Shown: positions 11,568 to 23,500 of the stretch, one piece after another | Position numbering within the stretch: the first letter of the stretch is position 1 | Layout: each line of letters starts with the position of its first letter | NCBI GenBank assembly: GCA_051313645.2 | Contig: JBNRSN020000007.1 | Coordinates: forward strand, 56,358,001 to 56,422,000 | Reading direction: 5' to 3' | DNA: 64,000 bases | Source of the DNA: Centroscyllium fabricii | Taxonomy: Eukaryota | Notes under the pieces: model-generated | The model's database searches: none | Seen by the model: only the letters and a program-made list of their open reading frames with translations | Told to the model about the DNA's origin: nothing | Position numbers and translations under genes: made by a program

Positions 11568-14500
11568 GTATTTGTGTTTTATTTTCTTCTTTTCTCACCA
11601 TCACTCTGCAGTTAAAACATTTCTCACCTATTCAGTAACATTATGCGTGGTAATAATGATGCACGATGCTGTGATTATGTTGCAGGAAAGTAAGGAAGGA
11701 GCCCAAAAGTCCCCCAAAACAGAATATTGTTCATCCGCTAACAAAACAAAAGGTAAGTGAAGCAATTTGCGTTCTTGTGTTGCTCCGTGTGTAAAGAACA
11801 TGCCGGAGCCTTTTATGAAGGAGACACAAGCATCAAGTTAAGGAAATTGTGGCCAGAGGCCAGTGACCTCGTAGAAGGAATATATTTTTAAGGGGGCGTT
11901 TGAAGACGGCGAGAGGGGTAGTAAACCAACATGGGTCTGGAAGAGAATTTGAAAAGTTAAAGTCTTCATGACTGGAAGATCAGCCTCTTGTGTATTTGGG
12001 GAATGGCGAACAAACAGTTCTGGTGAGTCCATGGAAGGGCTGCTACTTGGGATTTGAGAAGCTTATCCACAAGTTGAAAATAGAGCCGAGGATCTTCAAA
12101 AATTGATCTGTTAAGGCATAGGGAGCTACTGGAGCTGGGCTGGATGGACATGTAGAAATTTGAATGGGAAGAGTAATCAGTCTGCAGTTATGAAATAATT
12201 GAATATGTGAGACTAAAGAGGCCTGCAGTAAGAGCATTTGATGAGTTGACCCTTGAAACGATGATGGCATGGATGTGGAGTGGGAAAGTGTATCTTGGGC
12301 ATTGGTCCAATTCAATTCAATTCAAGTTTTATTGTCATTGCAGAGTACTAGTACAATACAACGAGACGAAGACTCGACTCTCCCGAGAGTAGTGCCAATA
12401 AATTACATGCAAATTGCATACAGTAAAGTACATTATCAGGCGTGCAGGTACCGGAGTTTATTTTTAGAGTTCAGGAGGCTGACAGCCCTGGGGAAGAAGC
12501 TGTTCTTAAAATCTAGACGTGCGGGTGCGAATTGATCTGTAGCATCTCCCGGAGGGCAGGGGGGCGAACAGACTGTGGCTGGGGTGTGTGGGGTCTTTAA
12601 TAATGTTCAGAGACCTCCGTAAGCAGCGTTTGAGGTAGATGCTTTCCATTAACGGTCCATAGGTGGTCTTGTCAATAACCCAGATGACGTAATAAAGTTC
12701 ATCTGTTTACGTGGCCTGAATGAGAGGACAGGGAGTTGATTGAAGCATTGCTGGTGCGATGTCGGTGTTGGTAAGAAACAAGTCAGATTTCGGTGTACAT
12801 TGTCGGGCAGATACTCTCCTGAGCATTTAGGCAAAAAGGATTGCCTGTGCAAAGTGGATGGAGGAAAACTAGGTGCAAGGTCGCACATCTGTAATGGCCA
12901 GGCTGATTTTTTTTTTAAATGGTAGAAAATCAGGTGCCTTGTTACGGGGGTGTTATCCTCCCTGCCCAGATTTCCTCTGCTCTGCCTCAGTAATCCTGTG
13001 CACCCAAATGCAAAAGGAGGACCTGTTTTGTGTGTGAGTTTTATTGTTTTGATTTGCTTTCTTCGCTCTTCCTTCAGTAAAGGATAATTCCACCACGACG
13101 GCTGATATTAAGGAGGAAGACTATGTTTCCCGGCGGCCAAGGCGTACCACCAGATTGTCTCTACAAGCAGCTCAAGCCCAGGCTCAAGCTCAAGCCGAAG
13201 CTCAAGCCGAAGCTCAAGCCGAAGCCCAAGCCCAAACCCAATCTCCTCGTCCACAAAGGTCTTCACGATCCTTGGTAAAAGTAACGTGTGCTCATTGCAA
13301 AAAGCCCCTGCAAAAGGGACAAACTGCGTACCAGAGAAAAGGGGCGCCTCAGCTCTTCTGCTCTTCCACATGCCTCACAACCTATTCTCAGAAACCATCA
13401 TCTACCAAGATATGCACATTCTGCAACAAGTAAGCATTTTCTCTTTTTGTATAAACGTTGACTTAAGGATACAAGGGTCAGACTTGCAAGCCAGTGTAGG
13501 TTTTTCCATCAAGTCTTGATATCATCCTTCGACTCAAAGACGATTGACTTGTACTACAGTCTTTTTTTTTCCATCTTTGGCGACAAAAGTGAACAGTAAG
13601 GAGGGAGAAACCCTGAGTAGTTTCACCTCCCACAGTTGAGGGATTCTGAAGTTAGCTAATTTAGTACAAATGGGGATCAGATTTAAAGATCTCCGCTTTC
13701 TGGTCTATGTGGCTCAGGTGGAAGCTAAAGTACCAATGGAAAGGTACACTGGGAAATTAAAATATTTCATCTCAGTACTGAATCTGGATTGTAACTTGTT
13801 CCTGCAATGTCGTGTGTGTGTGTGAGATGTGTTTCTTACTTTTAGATTGTTTTGGGAGAAGTAAGGGAATGAAAGTACTTAGAAACATAGATAGGAGCAG
13901 GAGTAGGCCATTCGGCCCTTCGAGCCTGCTCCGCCATTCAATGAGATCATGGCTGATCATCCAAACCCAGCACCCCGCCCCCACCCTCCCCATATCCCTC
14001 GATCCCTATCGAGCCTGCACCGACACATATCCCACCCTATCCCTGTGCAGTCCTACATTATTGTGCTACTAATTCACACCTCTGGAGATGTCCTTTCAGC
14101 AAAAAAGGACCAAGAGATTGATTAAGAGGGGAAAAATAGAGTGAGAGTAAACTTGCAAGGAACATAAAAGCGGACTGTAAAAGCTTCTACAAGTATGTAA
14201 AAAGAAAAAGATTAGTGAAGACAAATCCTTTCAGTCAAATGGGAGAATTTATAATGGGGAACAAGGAAATGGAGGAGCAATTAAACAAACACTTGGGTTC
14301 TGTTTTCACAGAAGAGGACACAAATAACTTCCCAGAAATGCTAAGGAACCAAGGGCCTAGTGAGAAGGAGGAATTAAAGGAAATTAGTATTTGTAAAAAA
14401 ATAGTGCTGGAGAAATTAATGGGACTGAAAGCTGATAAATCCCCAGGGCCTGATAATCTGCATCCCAGAGTACTAAAAGAGGTAGCTATGGAAATGGTGG

Positions 14501-17500
14501 ATGCATTGGTTGTCATCTTCCAAAATTCTATAGAATTTTGGAGCAGTTCCTGCAGATTGGAGGATGGCCAATGTAACCCCACTATTTAAAAAAGGAGGGC
14601 GAGTTAAAACTGGGTATTACAGACTGGTTAGCCTAACATCAGTAGTAGAGTCTATTATAAAGGATGTGATAATAGGACACTTTGAAAATATCAACAGGAT
14701 TAGACAAAGTCAACATAGATTTACAAAAGGAAAATCGTGTTTGACAAACCTCCTGGAGTTTTTTGAGGACGTAACTGGTAGAATAGATAAGGGAGAACCA
14801 GTGGATGTGGTGTATTTGGATTTTGATTTTCAGAAGGCCTTTGATAAGGTCCCACAGAAGAGGTTAGTGTGCAAAATTAAAGCACATGGGATTGGGGGTA
14901 ATATACTGGCATGGATTGAAAATTGGTTAACAGACAGGAAACAGAGAGTAGGAATAAATGGGTCTTTTTCGGGGTGGCAGGTGGTGACTAGTGGGGTACC
15001 GCAGGGATCAGTATTTGGGCCCCAGCTATTCACAATATATAAATGATTTGGATGAGAAAAGCAAATGTAATATTTCCAAGTTTGCTGACGACACAAAACC
15101 AGGTGGGATTGTGGGTTGTGAGAAGGATGCAAAGATGCTTCAAGGTGATTTAGACAAGTTGAGTGAGTGGGCAAATACATGGCAGTTGCAGTATAACGTG
15201 GATAAATGTGAAGTTATCCACTTGGGTAGAAAAACAGAAAGGCAGAGTATTATTTAAATGGTGATAGATTGGGAAATGTTGATGTACAAAGGGACCTGCA
15301 GGTGCAGAAAGCAGTTTGGAAGGCAAATAGTATGTTGGCCTTCATTGCAAGAGGATTTGTGTACAGGAGCAAGGATGTCTTACTACAGTTATACAGGGCC
15401 TTGGTGAGACCACACCTGGAGTAGTGTGTAGTTTTGGTCTCCTTACCTAAGAAAGGATATATTTGCCATCGAGTGAGTGCAGCAAAGGTTCACCAGACTG
15501 ATTCCTGGGATGACAGGACTGTCGTATGAGGAAAGATTGGGTCGACTCGGCCTGTATTTCAATTTCAATTTTATTTGTCACATGTACTAAATACAACAAG
15601 TGTAATCTAGACAGTGAAATGCTTTTTTCGCGGTTCGAACGCACCGCGCAACGAAGAACACTAAGCTGCCGACACGCCCGGAGCCCGTGAGACGGCAGCC
15701 ACCTCACCAGCGCCATCAATCACAAGTCCGCTCTGGCCTCTCCTGCACTTAAAGTTCTTGAAGTTCTTTCACTCGCTGACCTTCTTCTGTTGTTTCACTC
15801 ACTCGTATTCACTAGAGTTTAGAAGAATGAGTGAGGATCTCATTGAAACGTCTAACATTTTGACCGGGCTAGACAGACTGGATGCAGGCAGGATGTTATC
15901 CCTGGCTGCGGGGGGGGGGGGGGTCTATAATGAAGGGTCACAGTCTCGGGATACTGGGTAGGACATTTAGGACTGAGATAAGGAGAAGTTTCTTCACTCA
16001 GCGGGTGGTGAACCTGTGGAATTCTCTACCACAGAAGGCTGTGGAGGCAAAGTTACTGAATACATTTAAGAAGGAGATAAATAGATTTCTGGACACAAAA
16101 GGCATCAAGGGGTATGGGGAGAGAGCGGGAATATGGTATAGTATTGAGCTAGAGGATCAGCCATGATATTGAATGGCAGAGCAGGCTCAAAGGGCTGAAT
16201 GGCCTACTCCTCCTATTTTTCTATCTTCTATGTTTGAGAGTGCCATTGTATGGTTTCTTTCTGAAAGTTAGAAAGTTCCTCAAAAGATCTGTTTTAAATC
16301 TAACACCGCCTGACCAGACCACCTACTTTGACATTTTTTTGCAAAACTGGCATGTCAAGTGGATGTCGAAAAACCTTGATAGTCTACTCAGAATTCAAGA
16401 AATCCTCAAGTTTCACGTGAAAGGCTGTTGCACATTTTAAAGCAATAGGCAACCTAAGTACAAGCTGGAAGTGAATAAAGAACTGGCTGAATGAGAGGAA
16501 GCAGCAGATACTAGTTAGGGGAGTGATGTTGAGCTGGGCAGGTGTAAACATAGAAACATAAACATAGAAACATAGAAACTAGGAGCAGGAGTAGGCCATT
16601 CGGCCCTTCGAGCCTGCTCCGCCATTTTTTAAAATGAGATCATGGCTGATCATCCAAACCCAGTACATTGACTCTGTGTCTCTCTCCACGGATGTTGCCA
16701 TGCCTACTGAGATTTTCCAGTGTTTTCTGTTGTTATTTTAGTTCTGTACCAATCTTTTCTTCAATGCTAACTGTGACACCGTTTAATTTGCTGGGAACAT
16801 CCATTCCTAAACATTGACAGGCCAAATTGGGGGGCGGACTGTGGATCTAATTACAGGAAACTCTCGTTTAAACGGCACCTAAACTAGAACGAAAGACTGT
16901 CGGGCCTCCGCCCTGACCGCCTGAGGTCCTCCAGCACATTGGCGATTATCCGGTGCCAGATACCAAAGAGTTTCCTGTACCGGGATGCATCGGCTCAATT
17001 TGCCTGGGGAAAATCTCTTAAGGCATGACCTTCCCTGTTAAGACATTTTGTTAAGACGTCCTAACTTTGAAGGGCACCCCCACTTGTTTTTCCCTCCCTC
17101 CCTGACTCCCGTGCAGTGTTAACTTTTAGCACACCCCAGAACCCAGTTTGTTGACACCCAAAGACAACCCAGAACGAGGAAAAGACATACCAACACTCCC
17201 CATGCGACCCAAGAGACAACCAGGTGGGTGGCAAATGCCGCGTCACTCGAAGAATGAAGACGAGCTTACAAGGGAACAGCTGACACGGGAACAGCTGACA
17301 GAGGTGCTGTGATCTTCATTCGGGCATTCTGCACACACCGCTGGCGACTGACCAAGTAGTAACTGAGGATGAGGAGGGCGGAGGTACCTGCATGGGAACA
17401 GAGGCTTAAATGACCAGGACAGACACAACAAAGTGAGCATTACCCATGAGTGCCGCACTGCTGGTTTACCCTAATCTGACAGGTATTCCATCTCAACAGC

Positions 17501-20500
17501 CAGGCCACCAATCAGAAGCTGGCAGGATCCAAATCCACATCCTAACGGTTCAGCTTACTGCTTGGATCTGGCGCTGGCGCCCGTGAGTAACACCCACTCT
17601 GATCCATTTATCCTGGGAGCCGGAGAGTCTGTTCGCTTGCAGGTACGGTCCGCCCCTCTCACCCTGAGTACCAGTTGGACGGTGTCCAGTAGTGCGTGGA
17701 GGATGTCGGAATGAAAAATTCCCTACAAAAAGTGTACTCAGTGGATCCCCCAGGGATTGGTGCTGCGACCCCTAAATGACCTGGATTCAGAAAATCAATA
17801 TAAGCTGGTCAAGTTCACAGATGATACGAACTCCAAACCATCGTCAACACCTTCATGGGTCTTGCACTAAACATCCGTAAGACAAAGGTCCTCTACCTTT
17901 GATAAATTGACCCTTAGTGTTAGGGGGATTGAATGTGTGGGGTTACGGGGATAGGGTGGGATATGTGTCGGTGCAGGCTCGATAGGGATCGAGGGATATG
18001 GGGACAAAGCAGGGACAGGGTGCTGGGTTTGGATGATCAGCCATGATCTCATTGAATGGCGGAAGAGGCTCGAAGGGCCGAATGGCCTACTCCTGCTCCT
18101 ATGTTCTATGTTTCTAAACTGGGAGGGGGAGTCACCGTGGAATTGGATGTTGCTACCAGTGAATTACAGAAGGACCTGGGCAATATTTGCAATAGGCAGA
18201 ACTATGTGACGGATTAAATTCCATTAGATAAGTGCGAAGTCTTGCACATTGGAAGGTAAAAATGGGAAATGTAATGAAAGTAGTCTAACTCGGGAGAGGT
18301 TGAAAAAGACCTGTAAGTGATGGTTGATTCTACACTGACCATGTCTAGTCACTGTAGAGCAGCAACTAACCAAGCAAACAAAATGCTGAACCATATGACC
18401 ACATTGATGGGGTTTAAGCCTAAGCCACCGTGATGAAGTTGTACAGTGCTTTGAGCAGGATGTACCTTAAACACTGCTTTCAGTTTTGGTTGCTGAGTGG
18501 GAACCATTCAAGCCATGCAGCTAGTCTAGAAATGGATGATGAGATTGATCCCTAGTGTTAAAGGACTGAGTTATGAGGACTCTTTAACCTTGAAATGATC
18601 ACCTCTAGTATTGTTAGCACGATCCTTATCATTACCTCCTTTTTTGGAGAGATTAGACTGCTCTCTCCCTTGTATATATGCTGTCTTTAAATGAACTTCT
18701 CTTGCACCTGAGGAAGGAGCAGCGCTCCGAACGCTTGTGATTTCAAATAAAACTGTTGGACTATAACCTGGTGTTGTGTGACTTCTTGCATTTCTCCTTT
18801 TTAAAATTTCAGTTGAGGTTTAATCTCTCTTTATCCATGGAACTCTCATCCTGTTTTTGCCCTACAGAATATATTTATTTTGTATTCTATAAATTTTCTT
18901 TAAAATTTTCCCACCGCTGATCTGTTGACTTTGCTAGCTTTTCTGTCCAATTAATTTGGACCAAATTCCTCCTTATCTTGCTGAGCTTTGTTTTTTTCAG
19001 TCCAGTGTCCTTATTTTTTTGACTTTTTATTTACCTTTTCCAATCTTGCATGGAACCTAACCATATTGTCGCCGATTGTTCCCCCACATTTGCTTCAATT
19101 TTTTTTTGCCCTACTTAATTTCCCATAGTTAATTTAATGCGTTTCTTGTTGGATGAGAAACCTACTGATCTAGGAAGCGGTCCTGGATGCAGTCTTAAAA
19201 AAACATTTTGACGACCTGCAATACCATTATTCCAGTTCATCGTGGGATAGTTAAAATCATCCTATATTATTGCCCCGTTGTTGTTGCATATCTCTGAACT
19301 GTCAGCAGATGATCTCTTACTCATGGTGGCCTGTAATTGCACACTGAAAATTGTAATGATTCCCTTTTTAATGTTAAACTTTGTTTATATGGATTTCGCC
19401 TTAACGTAACCCACATGATGTCCTTGAGTTCTTGCATTGTGATGGAATTACATAGAAACATAGAAGATAGGAGCAGGAGTAGGCCATTCGGTCCTTTGAG
19501 CCTGCTCCGCCATTCGATGAGATCATGGCTGATCATCCAAACCCAGTACCCCGCCCCTGCCCCCTCCCCATATCACTCGATCCCTATCGAGCCTGCACCG
19601 ACACATATCCCACCCTATCCCCGTAACCCCACATATTTAATCCCCCTAACACTAAGGGTCAATTTATCCTGGCCAATCAACCTAACCCGCACATCTTTGG
19701 ACTGTGGGAGGAAACCGGAGCACCCGGAGGAAACCCACGCAGACACTGGGAGAATGTGCAAACTCCACACAGATAGTCACCCGAGGCTGGATTTGAACCC
19801 AGGGCTCTAGTGCTGTAAGGTAACAGTGCTAGCCACCGTGCCGCCCACCATATTCATTAAGAACCATACCCATGTCTTCCACCTCCACACGCAGGTTACC
19901 TTTTTGGTCTCTAATGGACCCTACTCTTTCCTTAGTTATCCTCTTGCCCCTTGATTTTTCTTGCCAATATTTTTTCATTACCTCTATTTGCTTTCCTAAT
20001 TTCCTCTTTAATTTCCCCCTGTACTTTCTGTACTCCTCTAGGCTTTCTGCAGTATTTAGCTCTCGGTATCTGACATAAGCTTCCCTTTTTTGCCTTACCC
20101 TACCCTGTATGCCCCAATTCTCTACCTCACCCCCTTTTTTCCATGATGTGGAGGTGCCGGTGTTGGGACTGGGGTGGACAAATGCAAGAAGTCACACAAC
20201 ACCAGGTTATAGTCCAACAGCTTTATTTTAAATCACAAGCTTTCGGAGCGCAGCTCCTTCATCAGGTGAAGTGTCGAGATTCATTTAAACATCGCATATA
20301 TACAGAGAGAGAGAACAATGTGGTCTCTCCCTTTTTTCCACTTCTCTCTCTGTCCTGAAAATGATATAACCAGGAATATTAATTCCTGTTCCTGTCCAAA
20401 TCTATAATGCTGCAATTATAGCTAGTATTTTATATCTCCATGGCCATTAACATTCAATCTCTCCAGTTTTGTTTTGAATGCCTTGTGTGTTTACATACAT

Positions 20501-23500
20501 AGCACTCAATCTTGACTCCAATATTTGTAATGTTCATTCTTATTATTTTTCATAGCTTTCTAGCTTGATATCCATTGCTCCTTCTACAGCAGTGTTTTTA
20601 CCTCATTAGCTTTTTTCTTTGGTATAATATTTTCTTGCTTTGTTTCAGCCAAGCCTCCTCCTTTATTAATCATGCTGTTGCTCTCAAGTCTCAAATCTAA
20701 ACTTTCCCAGCCGAATAACAACACTGAAATAGTACTCCACTCTGATCTAATGTAGTCCTCTTTCAGTCTTGGTCAATTAATGATGTTCCTCCCCCCCCCC
20801 TCACCCACCCCACCCCTACCATCCCTCAAAAATATAGAAAAAACTTTTAGAATGCATTGTTCTTTTTTCCAGGGATATTTTGAATACAAAGGAATTGGTC
20901 GTGGCACAGGCTGGGTCAAGTCAGTCCTTCCAGGAATTTTGCAATGCTACTTGCCTATCGCTTTATGAGGCTAAGCTGCTTAAACCAACTTCATCAGATG
21001 ATTCCTCAAGATGCAGTATCTGCAATAAGAAAGGAAAGGTGAGAGTGACCAGGTGGAAAATTTCCCAATTGTGCAAGTGTGTTTTTTAAATAATATTTCT
21101 GATGCATGAGGTCACAGCACAAGAGCAGATTCTTATTTCTTTTAAACACATATTTTCCTTTCTACCATCTCTCCCTTAAGTTACACATCCTAATTTCTAA
21201 TGAAGGTGGAGAATTACTCTTAAGACGAGGAACCTTCAGAAGGAATTGGTGCTGTTTATACTTGCTTTGCATTTGTGGAGGCATGCACACTAACATTTTC
21301 AAGCAAATCATTTTTACACATGCGTACAAGTGGAATCTCAACAGTGGCCTGGCTGAGGAAATGTTACTTGAACCCTGAGTAGTTGAGGTGCTACAGTTGA
21401 CCTGGGCATAGTGAGTGTGGAGGAATATCCAGGATTCCCATTCTTGATGGTTACATTGGACATTTTAATGCTTTTAACTTTATACCAGCTGTTGATGTGA
21501 ATGTCGTTCATGGTCCAGTAGCCTGTTGACATTTGTGGTCTCGGCTAATCTGGCCACGAGTAAGGGATGCAAGACTTGCTGGTACCAGTGTAATACTATC
21601 CCAGCAAAGGTTGTATGTTCGGGAGAACATTTTTGGAGGCAAAGTACAATGTGAAGCCGCATGCAACATCCCAGCACCAGGGGATTTAGTTCCTGTTGGT
21701 GATGAAATCTTTGCTGAGCAGCGCCACCAGCAGGAGCTAAGTTTTCTATACATGCATTATGCAAGGATGCTAAACTGGGCTGGGATCAAAACGTGCTCAT
21801 TTTGGCTGCATGCTCTTGGCCTCTTCCCTGCCCCCTGCCCATTCATCCTCCTCTTCTGTGTCCCCAGTCTACAGCATGTATGCTAAATGTTACTGCATAT
21901 GTTGGCTTAATTTAACACTGCGGAAGGCATTGTACCCCCCCCCCCCCCCAAAGTAATCGTTACGTTTTTGGTTTTTGAATATTATGCCTGGATTCCACAT
22001 CATTGACCACTCCTATAAATTGGTCTCTTATGGTTCGGAGTGTTCCTTTACCTGCCTGATACTTGGGTTAGTGATAGCGAGACTCAGGATTGAACAAAAG
22101 AACAGTTGCCACTGCGTCCCTGCTTAATGGACTATACCACGGACCGCCACTTGATTCTGCTCTCTTCAGTCGGCAGATTGATTACATAGAAACATAGAAA
22201 CTAGGAGCAGGAGTAGGCCATTCAGCCCTTCGAGCCTGCTCCGCCATTCAACGAGATCATGGCTGATCATCCAAACCCAGTACCCCGCCCCTGCCCTCTC
22301 CCCATATCACTCGATCCCTATCGAGCCTGCACTGACACATATCCCACCCTATCCCCGTAACCCTACATATTCAATCCCCCTAACACTAAGGGTCAATTTA
22401 TCATGGCCAATCAACCTAACCCCGCACATCTTTGGACTGTGGGAGGAACCCGGAGCACCCGGAGGAAACCCACGCAGACACGGGGAGAATGTGCAAACTC
22501 CACACAGATAGTACCCGAGGCTGGACTTGAACCCGGGTCTCCAGTGCTGTGAGACAACAGTGCTAACCACTGTGCCACCGTGCCGCCCCATTACAGATGG
22601 GGGTTCAGGCTATAAACCTCAGACAATGTATTTCAATATAAATGGAGCAGGTAAATAAACAGCATTCAGTGAAAATTTGTATTTACAGAAATGTACAGAC
22701 TTTGTGAAATTTCACAAATATCCAAGACAATGAAGACTCCTCTCCCAGGGCACATTGAACCTTGAATGGATGTTCACTTCTTGCATGCAAAACACCACTA
22801 CTGAGTCACAGACTTGGCACGTGCCCTCTTACAAATTTCTGAGGCAAATTGTGTACAGAAGTGTCATTCCAAATTCCTTTGAAATTGTGCTGAAACATTT
22901 TTATTCACACAAACCTGCATTTCCCTTAATTATATCAGATGCTTAGCCAGCCTTTGTCACTTATAAAAGATGTTTATTCCCCATTTTGAAAATCTGATCG
23001 TTCGAACTTAACATTTCGTCCATGCAGTCATCAAAGAAAGAAACTCTAGCGCCTTTCACAACGCCGGGGACGTCTCAAAAGTGCTTTACAACTAATCAAG
23101 TACTTTTCAAGTGCAGTCACTGTTGTAATATAGGAAACGTGGCATTCAACAAGCTCCCACAAACAGCAATGAGATAATGACCAGATGATCTGTTTTGGTG
23201 ATGTTGGTTGAGGGATAAATATTGGAAAGGATGCTAGGACTCCCCTGCTCCTCTTCGAATAATGTCGTGGAATCTTTTAACGCCCAGCTGAGATGGCAGA
23301 TGCCTTTGGTTAGTCAGCAATCAAGCTTGTTAATTGACTTTGCCTGCCACACTCAAATATGTACTTTCTGTGTCTTGCATAAGCATAATTAATCCTGTGT
23401 GTACTGTTATTAAGGAATTGAAATCAATTTCTTTGATCTTTGAGATCTTTGTAGTGTGAAAGAAACTTATTTATTTGTGGAATGTTAATTTAACTTGAAG

